A DNA stretch of 64,000 nucleotides from Polymyxa betae A26-41. Taxonomy: Eukaryota; Protista; Endomyxa: Phytomyxea. The notes beneath the pieces are model-generated. The model had not been told where the DNA came from and made no database searches. It saw only the letters and a program-made list of their open reading frames with translations. The stretch is from assembly GCA_003693705.1 (NCBI GenBank), contig RBZT01000684.1, positions 62,001 through 126,000 on the forward strand, written 5' to 3'. The position numbers were made by a program, and so were the translations under genes. The number at the start of each line of letters is the position of its first letter. Positions within the stretch are counted from its first letter, which is position 1. Of this stretch, positions 1 through 15,527 are shown one piece after another.

Positions 1-3000
1 AGCGATTCGTTACGACATTACGACCACCTCCTGCGACCACATTAGCGCAGCTCACCACAACACGGTCAGTTACAATACCAGGCGAGCCCATCGCTGTTAT
101 AAACTGGACATCGACCAAAGATCGGAATTCGTTATCAACGTACCAGCCGCCATGATCCATCCATTGTCGTAACAACTCGATGGGCGGTTGGGCACCATAC
201 TGCTTCAGTGCTCAATCCATACTCAGTTAGCCATAGTACAATATTACCTGATCCTTGTTCGGCATACTGAGATCATCGACGAAAACGACGAGGTGCTTTC
301 CGGGCGGTGGCCCGAAAACGCCTTTGCGACGTCGATCCGTTTTCGCATCGATAATTTCTAATTTGTCTAAGACATTGATTGTGAGAATCCACACTGAATA
401 TACCTTGAGTTTGGGCAGCGGTAGAACGAGCGGAAAATGTAATGGAGACGGGAGTGAATGCGGTGCGAGGTAATTGGCTCGACATTACTTGATTGATACA
501 TAAAGTTTTTCCTGTTCCTGTACTTCCAACCAATAAAACATGGCTATGGTTTCGACTCAGTGCTGACAGCAACCACGAGTTGCGAATCTAAAACCCCAAT
601 GTTAGGCAAGATGACGCCAGAAGCTGCATCAGGATACCGTGTCGACTGTCGGAACAATTATATTTTGGAATTCTGCATGTTCAGGAATGTCGACAGTTTG
701 GATAGTATCGATCCAATTGCGCCACGTTCCCGTTGCTGGATCAATCATGTAATCATAGACGGATCCTTTGCTTGGCATATTGGCACGTAGAGAAATTCCT
801 GAGCTCATTTCAGACGAGACACATTTGATAAGGACAATTGCTTCAACCTTCAAAAGCTTTATCAAGGGCGGGGACGTCATTTCTGGTCGCTTTGCCGTCG
901 AACAGAGAGCGCACAAATTTGTCAAAATTAGATCGCCCTTCAGCATTCGTATTAGCTCCCACTGTCCATCTGAAAGGAAGAGGTCTGTACTGAGATTTCT
1001 TATGAAGAACACAGACATACATGACGCTAAAACCAAAGAGACATTCGATAATGACCGCAAGCTGAGGAATTGGACGGTCAGGGACATCACCACCGAAATA
1101 CAGCTTGATCAACGAGTCGAACATTGAGAAAAGCGAAAGACAAAGCTGCATAGCTATACAGTAATCAGTGAATAATTTAAAACAAGGGGAACTCCATACA
1201 TGAAGCAGGAAGAATGCAAGTGATACGCTTTAGCGAAAACTCAAGACATGGTCGAGCTAGCCAGTTGAACAATCCTCTGATGTCATCGCGTAACTGGATG
1301 AGCTTTAACGGCAGCTTGTACAGCCACATATTCAATAGTGGCGTTAGACCTAACTGTTCTGGCTCCATGTACACCATGCCACATCGTGAAACAGTTGCTG
1401 GAGAGGCTGCAGATAAATCTTCAACCTATTCAGAAGCATTTAGTGAAAAAAGCATCATAACTGTTAACTGCTTATACTTCAAACATCATGGTCATGGTTT
1501 TGGATAGTTTGATGACCTCTCCACTGGCCAAACACAGTTTCTTGTTATCATCAAGAACAGTATTCATGTTTTCTATCCAAATCTGTATTGAGATCGTAAA
1601 TCTACGAACCGTTGGAGAATGAATAACATGCAGCTTACTGCATCTACAGGACCGTCGAAAATTACCCATTTTAAACTCGGAGAGGTTGATGCAGAACATT
1701 CACGAACAGTCACTGAGATTCCTCTATCAGATTACATTTGTGATTATATGTGATATATACCTGTTATGATACCATTCTTCCATTCACGAGTATTGGGGTC
1801 GAACTCACCGTAAAGTTTGCCCATTGAAAGCGACTTTGGATTAATCGTGTAACTGTTGACGGTTTTCATAGCGTTAGATAGCACCCTTTATCTCCAATCA
1901 GGAACAGATCTCACATCCTAACTGCATTACCTAATAGCTGACGTCTTTCCAGCTAAGGTACGTCCGACTATCATCAAACCGTGACGAACACGCGATGTCT
2001 CGAACAGGTTAATACAGTGTGTTTGGAATGCAGGTGTCAATTCTGAACAGTTTTGAGTATCAGAAATACATTCCTTTTTAAACGCAGTCACCTAAGCCTA
2101 AACGGGAGCATTCATCAACCATTGCAGCCTGTAATTCTGTATATGACAGCGTCGGTAACGTAACGCTAATCATCCAAGGTCATGTTTTGTATAGCACATA
2201 GCTCTACATTGGTTACCTTGGAAAGAGATCGCGAGTGATTCCAATAAAAAGAGGGACATCATCGGCAGTGAATTTGGGAAGATTGCAGTCATTGATGGCA
2301 CGCAAACACAGCTGGTCTTCAGGAGAATGAGGATGGTCCCGCTTTAAGGCTCCGGCTGCTGTCAATATAGACTTTACTGTACGCATACCAAAATCGTAAT
2401 GATCTTGCGACGACAGCTGTTCTGAAGCCAACCGAAGTCCTGCAACCTGTTGGAAGATCAGAATTCTAACTCTGAAAGACTATATTGTGTACAATTTTCC
2501 GAGCAAGCGTTCTCGCCCCATTGTAGCCGTAAGAATAAAGCACAATTTCTGCAATGAGAGAATAGTCTGGAACCATCATCGCTACGGTTCGGAACAGTGA
2601 TTTCAGGTTATCAGGAAGTTCAGATCGTCCAGCATATCCTTTTAAGAGATTATCACATGTGCCAAATGATATCATTTTTACGACTATCTACCAGGATTCA
2701 TAGTGATAAATACAGCACATGAATGCTGCAATGCAAGATCAGTGCCTTCAAACAGCAAACGTTGACGGCCATCGTTGATGGCACGCTGAATCGACTGAAT
2801 TTGCTGCGCCACGACGGAAAGAACTTCCAGATCAATACGGTTAAATTCATCAAAACAGGCCCATGCACCCGTAGCGATCAATCCTATGAGTTGCAACGGT
2901 TAAAGGAATACGAGTAACAAAACAGCCTTGTATTTGCCTTTAAAGAACTTTGCCATAACGAGGTAATCTAAAGAGTCTGAGCAGTTGAATACAACACATT

Positions 3001-6000
3001 GCTTGGCAACGGCTTTAGCAAGGTCCTTCACAGTTTCCGTTTTTCCTGTTCCAGCAGGACCTTCGGGGGCGCCTAAACAATCTTGATAACCATTCTCCGT
3101 ACTATCAGCAGTAAAGTCACCTCCAAGATGAAGATGTAGAGCGCCCATTAGGGTGCGATAGCAGCGATCAGTCAAGGGAGTTATTACAAGACGATTTGAA
3201 TTGCCTGGAAAGAATCAAAACTAAGAGGCTTGAACGATGAATACTTTTACCAAGGTATTCATAAGCGTAATCAATGCTGGCGTTGATCATTTTGACTTTG
3301 ACTGTTTCGTCTTCCATGTAATAACGAAGCTGGCCTTTCCAGGCAAATTCTTCGGTGTTTTCACAGTCCTAAATTATATCAGCAATCGAATCTCCATATC
3401 TTGACGGAATTTTGTCATTGCCTGTTGTATCATATCTTGAACAGAATCTCGAGCATGGACATCGATGACCACCAGCGCACCCAGAGTCATTCTGTCAAAC
3501 AGCGTCAGGTTTTGGGTGCCGACTGACAGCAATCATCTACCGATCAAGTTCCGACAGAGGGCTTCTGACGAGATCGACAACATTATTCAGCTGCTGGTTG
3601 AGCTTATGCAAGTATTTTTTCAATTGCCTTGAGCCGCCTACGCGAAATTCACTTTATGGAACCTTAGCATCGCGAAATGTGTAACCTTTCTGCAATGATT
3701 CTTCCACCTCAGACGTCCATACGATTTGGTCAACTGTGAGCACAATCTGGAACAATGTTCATTCCAGCAACTATAAAAGACGGTAATGACGAAAACCTGG
3801 CCCGGCCACGATAAAAGCCACTTCTCTCTGACGAATGAGGAGGCATTCAGATGGGCTTGTAAACTACGCTGCAAAATAATTTGCAACGATTCTCTCATGG
3901 CGGATTCAACTTCGCCCAGCCATAATTCCACTTTTCCACTGTTCGGGCCTTTTACCGGGTTGACGACTTTGTGGAACTTGACGACTTCCTGTAATCACTA
4001 GTAAGCAAAAGCAAAGTTAATATTATAATGACCGTTAGAAATGGATGACACAAATAGCAAAAATCATTGTGAGGACCTGTTCAGCGCTGCGCATAGCGAT
4101 AATGTCCATTTCTTCGTTAAAATTAAGGGCGACGATATTTTCGAAACATTTGGAAAGATGCGGTTGAACCGAATTCGGGTCCTTAGTTTGCGACAAAATC
4201 TCCAGTAATTCATCATTCGACAAGAAAAAGAATCTCGGGAATGCTAATCGCTTTGTTTCGAGATATTCGTTCAGGCCCTAAAAACACTTTAGCACAATTC
4301 ATACGGTTTGAACAAAGTAATGTAACCCTTTGAATTAAGTCGAGCATCTTATTAGCTTCAGCGAATCCCTTTAAAAGATTGTCGACTTCCGAAACGAACT
4401 CAAGCAGATTTGGACGAACAGAGGCTGCCGCCATAGTTTTACGCCAATACTGGTCCACCATCTTCAAAACAAAATCAGACATCAATAATTCTGAGATCCA
4501 ACGAACGCACTTGAAAACGGCGAGCTTCAACCGGCATTTGGCGCATGATATCATCGCTGCTGAAAATTGGATCAAGATACAGCCACGTTTTTTGGCATGC
4601 AAGCCATTCCTCAATCACTTTGGAAACCAATATCAGCCGACCCTCAGTTCGAAGTTAGCCAAATAGATCAAAATTAGCACAACTGTTATGTACCTCCCAT
4701 TTCTTGATACGAGCATCGAACGCTTTGATGTAGGGCGATCCCCTCATTGTCTGAGTTTTCACAATATGATCGTCAAGAGTTGTTAGGGCGTCATCAATTT
4801 CAACGATCTTATATGTCCCAGTGCTTTTGTGAGGAACGATCTGGTGGAAACACCGTCAAATTGATATTGCAGTTTGACATTGATGCCGACCTTAAGGTTA
4901 ACTTGCTTCCATTCATCTTCCATCTTGTCAAGAGCTTGCTCAAGCGCGTATTCTTTATCTGCATAGACGCAAACTTCTTCGAGTTGTTTTCTGATGAACA
5001 AGTTAACCTAGAAATTGAAATGGGAGGCAAGACGATTTACTGATGGGCATTGATGTCTAAGGTAAGCAGTTGCGCCCAAGATAAATTCTGATCAGGAACT
5101 ACAGACTGGCCTAGAAGCTCGGAAATTTGCTGCCAGTGTCGAGGGCGTAATCCCGGATTTCTTAAATTGGTAATGGTCGGGACGTGCAAACGGAAATCGG
5201 CGATGGCAGCTCTCGTCAATGACGCAACCTAAATATAAGGTTGCCTGTATTCAAAACCAATCCAGATTAAACATTACCTCGGCTGAAGCGGCGGCACCCC
5301 TGTCGGCGAGGACTTTTTCCAGACGATACATATCTTTCCACCAAGATGAGGTTTCCAATTCAATTTTACCAGGATCACTGCACACATTGATCAGTATGCT
5401 ATCAAACCAAACAGGAGCAGTTTACAGTTCAATAAAAGCTCCCGTCATCCAGATTGTGTGAGAGTTATGAAAGAGCGACGTAATGCTCCACAGTTTTGAG
5501 ACTGGTTCGAAGTCTGACTTGATTTGTTCCAATTCAAGATATTCTGCAAGAGCATTGACGAAGGCGGTGTATAGACGAACCAAGATTACCCGTCTGCTCC
5601 ATGTCGAAAAGACGCTCACGATCATTGAATGAGGCAACAAGTTTGTCTGCATTATCCAGTTTATCCTGCAGGGTATCAACTTGGGAAGCTCGTTCCTCCA
5701 TCTTATCGTTGCTGCATTTGCCGTATTCATAGATGGTCTTAACCTGTACGACACCTGAATTCCTGATTCCAATTATTTACAAAGATCAAACTTCAGCTTT
5801 ATACTGCGCAAGGTTAACTTGGAACTTCTCCTGCTCGATAACCATTTCGTCTTTGAATTTAATGTTATCCTCTTGAATGGCAATTTTCGAATCCTGCATT
5901 GCTGCTTTTATCGCCTTTGGCCAGGAAACAACCTATTACGACATATTTATATCTACTAACTGACTTGTTGAAACTCATACTTTCCAAAACAGCTCAAAGT

Positions 6001-9000
6001 CATATTTCGGCAACGGCGTATTGAATTCGTTAAGAACTTCAATATGCGCCTTCAAAGTTTCGATGTCTTTAAGCATTTGGGGAATCTGGAAGTATCAAAT
6101 GTTGAGAATTCGTTGCACTGAGAAGATTACAGATACCTCAATTTTGTCAATCCGTTTAACGAATTCCTTTAACTCTGCCAGTTCTCCAACATCACGGCTC
6201 TTGGCAGACAGCCGCGCCAGATTGCCAGCAAACGTATCATTCAGCGATTCGGTTTGCGATCGAACCTATCCAAAATTAGCTTCAGTTTCTCATGAAGGAC
6301 GATCACATTGCCTGCTCTAGGAAGCCACGCAGCAATTGTTGGGACATGTCTCGAGCTTTGGTGACAAGTTGGTCCTTGATCATTTCACAATCGACAGTTA
6401 TCATCGGGAATGAGCAATGATTCGGGCTGCAAGCGTATATTTCCGCTTCTGCTTGCAAGAAGCGGAGGATCTCTGATCTGGTCTCAGAATAGGTTCTTGG
6501 GCGCCGAGTCTCTGTCGATGTCTTGTTTCTTACATCTGTATTAAACCATTAAAGCACACCTTGATCAAAGAACATTAAACATGATAGCGGATCGGAATTC
6601 CATTTAACAGAAAGCAATGCTATCATTCTTTTACCGATTCCATTCTCGTCCGTTTCTGGTTCCTCAGTAAAGACAACAACTCCATCAAACCATTTCTTTA
6701 CTTCTGCATCACAATCAAGCTTGAGAAGGTAATCAAAGGCGGAAAATTTGTTGAATATCTAACAGATGTGAGAAAGATCTGGGCAAATGAAAACATTCAA
6801 CCTGTTGTGGACCAACAATGTGCAAATCCATGATCGCTTTGACTAAACTTTTTTGGCGTTCAGCTTCAGCAAATATATCTGGACCAAAATCAGCATTTTA
6901 CAGACACGCATCGCACTAGCAATACCTGGGGTAGTTGCCGGTGAGCACAGTGGACGTGCTTCCAGACCGAGTAAAGGAACGACCTGACTGTCTATTTCGA
7001 GAAAGGATTGTAATTTAATAGGTAAGTCAAGTAAACTAGTTAGAACAGATCGAATGCTATCAAGATCTGGCATGAAAGCTACCTATAGATCAGATCAGGT
7101 TAAGAGTTTGAAAAGGCACGATCTTGGTCCCAAACCTGTTTGTCGACACTTGTCAATCTGAACAGGAAAAGACGCTCTAAAGAAGACATTGGTACGGTTA
7201 TTCCAGGCATAAATTGGTAAGCGTGCAATGGCTTAGTGATTAATGAGAAAAGGCGATATCAGAATTGCAAGGAGTTACATACATCAGTAATCGATTTTTT
7301 GACAGATTCCGTCTCAGCTGGTAATTCCTTTGCAAATAATTAAGCGACTTCGTATAGTTACTTTAGATCCTTCACCGTTTGAAACAATTCAGGCGACTCT
7401 TGAAACAGGGCTCTGGTGTACAAATCAAGAATGGAGCCCCATTCGTACAAATTCATCATGACAAGATTTGCCAAATGGGTTCTCATCAGTAAAGCAGTTT
7501 TCAACAAAAAACGCTGCAATTCACTGTCTCTGTACTCGTCCATAGAACGAATGAATAGGTCGAAAACGTTAGACAGTTTGTCTCTATCAGATTGTCACTC
7601 ACTACGTTGAATGTGCGATGGCAACATTTACCTGATAAAGTGAATAAGCGATTCTCTCCAGTCGCTTTGCAATTGGAACAAAAATTCATTGACATTGTTG
7701 TCATGCTGATCCTGATATTTATATGCAGATACGGGAACTTCAAACGCTATCGCTAAGGCTGAAGTCTCCAATGAGCTTGATAAAAAACGCTTGCTACTGA
7801 GCTTCTCCCAAGATATCAACATCGCTTCGAACACCTCTGAAACCTAAGCAAAATTCAAGTGAGTATTAACAGAGCCCAAAATACAACCATAACCTCGGGT
7901 TGCAAAGTGAAATGGTCATATTCGATTTGCGACCGAAGCTGAGAAAAGCTTGGGTCATTCACTAGTCGTTCTTGGACAGGATGCCAATACAATCTCGGTC
8001 CACGGGCAACGTCCAGCGTACCGAAGAACGGTGCACTTGGCCTGGTAGATCTCAGCTCCAAATCTCCGGTGATAATGCTTCCCTTACCGTGGAGGAAATT
8101 CGGGAAGATTCAATGCAGAGAATTTATCAGCCGCTTCCGGATGCATCATATTGTAGTGGATTAGGGCCTGTTTCTGACTGCGAGTATATTCAGACCTTAC
8201 TTCACCCAGAAGAGTTTCGATTGATGCTTGCTTCTTTCGAATAATTTCGGATACCACACGCGTTCCATGGGCGACATGCTGAACAACACCTTGAAGAATA
8301 TCACGTCTTGGAGGTGCGAACTTTAACCCATCTTGCGCATCAATTAGGTCACGATATCTACGATCGAGTAAGTTTCATTGCATATTTTGCAGTCAATGAT
8401 TTTTGATACCACCTTCGGTACGATCGAGCTTCATCTCGTAGCTTTTCAGAGCGTCGTCGCCTCTCAAAAAATTTCACTTGATTTTCGGCGTCAAAGCAAA
8501 GAGATAGCCGCCGGACGCGTTTGACGAAATTATGCCCTTGAGCATCATAGCAGTCCGTGAATTTCACAGTATAACGCTGTAATTCTGGATCATAAGCTAG
8601 CACATGACAATCTAACCAAACCCATTGGTGGTTCATACACCACAGGGCAGTGGCCTAATATACCATTCCGTTATATAATGTCACGACGTCAAAGGCAAAT
8701 GTTTCAACCTGAATAGGAGCCGGTTGCGACATCCATTGTTCCGGTGTGCGCGACTCGAAATCTTCGGGATTGTCAAAAAGATCAAGAACCAATCGGTCAA
8801 CATCGTCACGATTCGGATTGTACAAGCGCTCGTGACGATCCTGTAATTGATATGTGGCGATGGACAAGGCATCACATTCCGTCCTGAACCGATCTGGTCA
8901 GAGAGAACAATGAAAGCCATTTGGCCTGACGCACTTTGTCATGGCGGACGACTTCGGTCGTGCCTTGAACGGCACGGTGACCTTGAGCCTAGCCATCGTC

Positions 9001-9700
9001 TCATGGTTCAGCACTTGTCTGTACTGGGCAAGCAGCTTTCGGTCGAGCTTGGAGATCTGCAATGAATAATGAGAGCCGATCCTCTCACTGATGGTCGCCT
9101 ATCATGAGGGAATTAATGTTACGTCGCAGTGGTTACCCCCACACCACGTCTACTGACTTTCGAGGAAGCCATTTCATTCAACAGCGCAGCCTTCGCGTTA
9201 TCGCTGGCATTGTCGAGCGGCTCGCGAAGCTCAGGGCGGCGAGAATGTGGGAATTTCGGAACCATTAGTCGACGGACAGGTTCGACTGATTTCGCCATGA
9301 GCGGCTTCAGCCGTTTCGGACCGCGGCGACCTGGGACTGTCTCTTCTTCAAGCTGGAGGCGTTTGGCGACTTTGCCACGCCATGACGCGGAGATGGAAGG
9401 TACAGCTCCTTCTTGTTGAACAGGCTGAATTTCGGGTCCCGTCGGTTGCAATGGCTCCTGTTCGTCGCCAACGGCCGCATTTGCATAGATGGTCTGCAGG
9501 ACATTTTTATAATGATGAGCACGAAGCGACTCGAGCGTTTCCGCTTGGTGATTCGGCTCCATTGCAACTCTGGAGTCGTACGACGACGGCAATCGAATTG
9601 CTGTGTGACTGCGTGTTCCTCGCTGTTCATCATAATTCAATTCCAAACGATATCGCCGATTCATTAACGTATGTTCAAAGGAAAGCTCTGTCCTACTCAT
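1..9700 (-). CDS. DNAH1: Axonemal inner-arm dynein heavy chain, DNAH1-type (multi-exon, 3' part runs off the window start)
   Basis: Spliced ORF fragments give the AAA1 P-loop [56 protein letters not shown] and the AAA3 P-loop GSTGTGKT. The N-terminal [15 protein letters not shown]...[10 protein letters not shown]...RLSLCFDAE block matches the DNAH1-type N-terminus. The start codon is uncertain (9700 or a downstream ATG). Confidence 0.93.
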
Positions 9701-9727
9701 ACGTCGATATGACAGACAGAATAATCA

Positions 9728-12700
9728 TCAATTGTCTTTAATGGGACTCAATTTCATGGTGACCGTCAGAAACCGCCGTAATCGTTCGGATAGGTCTTCA
9801 AGAGGATTCGGGTACCGCATCGCGCAGAGCGCTACGACTAAACACAGAAACTGGGGCAGCATCAATATGTGATTGCTGTCAGCAACTTGGGCAGCAACAG
9901 CGCTTGTATCTTCCAGGGTCACATTACACGCCTCCAATCCGCATTCTTTGTACAGCTTTTCGATATCGTCCACTGTGATGGACGACGATATGATATCTTC
10001 AGACACTGTTGTGGATTTGAAGATACTCAGCAGGACCTATCGAACCAAAATGAATTTTCTACAAAAGACAAAGGAATTGCAAGTTACTGGAATAAAGGGC
10101 TGTAGACCAGGAAGCAGCTTTGGGGACAGGTAACCAGGATTACCGAAATGCATGGGACGTCTGGCGAGCTTAATTATGTGATTTTCAACAATGTCTTTGC
10201 AGCTTTGAACGAAATCGTTCTGGTGATCATTACTGATTAGTGCTGTCATCTTCAAGAGTACCCGAACGAATTCGGAGATTCCGATCCCATTGTCGTCGTT
10301 CTGGCTGTTGGCAACAAAATCGAACAATTCCTTTATCTTTGCTGGTGTCAATGATGGTGTCAGCAGCTCGGAATTCTTGACTAAAATCCAGAACTGAATG
10401 AAACTAATTTTGAAACTGCAAGTTTCAGCCTAAATTGCAAATAAGGTGCTGCCCATTGGACTGTAAGCAGGTTTACATTTGAATTTGCATAAGCTGAGAA
10501 AATGCTCTGTAGGGTTTTGTAGTGTGAGGCGAATATGTGTCGAATTTGTAAAATCCTTTGTGTACGAATTTTGTTATTTACACTCTCGCTATCCATTCCA
10601 GCTAATTCAACACCCTTAACAAAGACTCAATTCTGATGTGCCAATCATTCCAAGCGATATCATATTCACCACAGAATGCTGATGGTTTCGGGTCAGACAC
10701 TGTCTTAGAAAAGGTTCATCGACATCTGTCCATTGATCGTATTGTCGTCGATCTCTTCTGTCTATCAGCGAGATCGGTTGGCCTCGGCATCGCCTTATCA
10801 ACGCGTTCAGACAGAATCTTCTTAGACGCCATTGAACATGCTCCCAAGTCGAACGCTGACTATTGATCTGATCTTGCAAATCGGCAGCGCTGCATGATTG
10901 CTTAATATGATAAACTGATCTATCAAGGTTGATGGCATTTATGTCACCTTCGGTATGCATGGCGAACACGACCTATCACATCATTCAGGACGTTCTCATC
11001 GAGAGACTCGTTATCTGAACACAGCGTTATTGTAAATCAGTTCGATAAGGTGTCGGTGAAGGTACCCGAATTTAGGTGATCGAGAGCATCTAACGCATTG
11101 TCGATTGCTTCAGTTACTTGATCCGCATTAGTATCATCTCGACTTAGGCCAGGACGCTCGGCGAACAGTCTCGCCACGAATACAGCTGTTAGATCGGGCA
11201 TGAGACTGTACGCAACCGAAGATGGTTTCAGACTCTCGCGAAGATCTTCGGGCAGCGATTGACACTGCTTCAACGCAGCAACAATCGCAGAACACCGATC
11301 TACGATGGAATGCAGTTTCAAGATCTCGTTCTTATCAATTTCAACGTCATGGTTACAGACTGATGATACTAACTGAGCTAATACAACTCCATTGGCCTAC
11401 GTACATTCAATCTCACGAGATTAGCCTTCACCAATGACCTACAAAATCAGCAGAAAAGTTGTCGATTTGTCTATTTGGGGCCGGTTTCAGATGATAATTG
11501 ACCCATAAAAGCAAAAGCTCTTGGTCCGATATTTTATCAAGAGGCTGAGAGGCCTCATTGTCAGACCAGAGCTTATTGGTATCTGGGACTGAGAGCTGTC
11601 GCTGATCGCGAACTTCATTCGACAGGGCAAACAGGCCAGTTCGAACCAGACCGACAACCGTGTTTACAGTTGCGTTTATATCACGATCTGACAACTCCCG
11701 GTTAACAATATCCATTCGTACTTTGTAGTCGGAATCACCTTTGCTTTGAGCTATCTGATACTCCATTTGCGAAATGGATTTTTCTGTTTCTTCTCGTTGT
11801 TCGTTAAGACTTTTGATCTAGATTAACATCTGAACATTTCCAACAGATTCTGGTTGAAAAGCGATTACAGAGGCTCGGAGATGGACAATTTCTTGCTGAC
11901 CCCGTTGGATCTTCGCCCGTGCATCGTTCGTTTGTGTCTCGGTCTCGATATGGCGCTGAACGGCCGCATCTAACTGGGTCTCAATCGTTTCGCGTTTCCG
12001 AGATATCAGATCGAGCTTCCAGGTCAGGAACGTGTTGCGGGTCAGGTTTGGGTCGTGATGCCAAACCTGCAGCATTCGGCTACGACGATTGAATTGTTAG
12101 AGCGCTAAGCCTTAAATAGAATTACTCAAATGTCTGCCTCTGCCTGCCTAAAACCCGAACGTGATTACGCCAGATTAGAAAGACATGAACCAATAAGTTG
12201 TGTTGCCATTTTCTCGCTGATCTCTCTAGGACCTGTACACGCCGGGCCTATTTGGACAATGTCAAATCTCGATGAACAGGTTCCCTGCGAGATACTTCGT
12301 TCGCTTCGAGTTTCTGTCGCCGCATCTCGAGCTCGGTCATATTCTGCTGTAATAGACTGAGCCGTTGACGTAGATCAGTGACGAGCTGGAAATATGGCTG
12401 AGGCGGATTTTGGTCCAAGCTGGCATGATAAATACTCGATAGAATTTCTTTCGTGATAGGTTTCAGTACTTGAGATAATCTTGGCAGCGAGTTCGATAGC
12501 TGGAAATCTCTGCTTAATCGCCAATACGACAGACTCGCGTTGCCGTACCTGAAACAGCAATTCGCAACAGACTTTGGTACGATGGCTATTCGGAATAGGA
12601 CAATTGGCTGTCTCTTTCAAAACTGCACTGAATCGTTCTCGGCAATATGCAATAGCACTCGAATACGCATTCTGAGACGAGCTCGAAAAAACAGAATCCG

Positions 12701-12968
12701 GCGACTGATTTTCAATTACCTGCTCAAGGGAGAAGGTTGTCTGGATAGCAGGTGGATGATCGTTGTTCTGATAGAGCGGTTCTGGTTTGTCTGCTTCCTC
12801 TCCCGACTGAGAGATTTTCCTGGGATCCTGCGAGCATCTGTTCCTTCGTTGCATCGGCGCAGCAGATAATCCAAAGCTTAGGTACAGTACTGCATCACGA
12901 TCGGAATTCCATAATGCCATACCTGACATCAACAAAGGTTTTGAAAGTGCCAAGTCTGTATTCTGCAT
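9728..12968 (-). CDS. Uncharacterised coiled-coil / calponin-homology-like / EF-hand-like protein (multi-exon)
   Basis: Chain of minus-strand ORFs separated by ~50-nt GT-AG introns. ELLLLWVNYHLK...IDNFSADF resembles a CH domain. C-terminal GISEFVRVLLK and LPQFLCLVVALC segments resemble degenerate EF-hand helices. Confidence 0.6.
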
Positions 12969-13283
12969 GTAATCAAGCGCCTTTGGCAGAAACTCGACCT
13001 TCGTTTTAATTGCTGATTACCAATGAATGGAATGGTAAAGTAAACCTGAGTTTAGTTTTTGAGAAACGAGAGCAACAGGAACCTTATTTAGACTAATAAA
13101 CCTCCCAGGATTGAGCCCTACTATCCCTGATATCAAAATTGTATTTAAGCAGACTTAAGTTACCGGTTCCTCGGAAGCAAGGCCGATTAGAAGGTGCACG
13201 ACTTTGCTTGACTAAGAACGCTAGCAATGCAAGCTGTTGAAGAGGGCGAGCGACATGAAGGGTTTTGACTTCCGCCTTAGATT

Positions 13284-15179
<1,896 letters not shown>

Positions 15180-15527
15180 CTATGACCCAATAAAGAAAAA
15201 GACCAGACCCATACAGCCTTGAGTTTCATACTGTAGATGAGTAGTTATAGGGACGGAGAGAACTGGGAATTCTTTCACAATTCTGACGATCTCATAATAA
15301 AACATTGAAGATTAACGTCTGCGACAAAATATTGTTGTTTATCGAAGCGATCCGTGAAAGTAGAACAGTTCATCTAGATATCAGAAGATCAATGCTGTTA
15401 GTTTCAGTGTGTATTATAGGCTTTCTGGTCAATACGGGATGGCAATCTAACACATTATATCAAAATAAGTCGAAAAGTTTCAAGTTTGCATAAATAAACG
15501 GGCTTATATTAAATACAATGCCATAGG

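Noticed and set aside
6536-6635. Internal AG|GT in a ~97-nt dynein intron as a recursive splice site
   Set aside because: The second piece would be only ~24 nt, far below the intron sizes seen elsewhere in the window.
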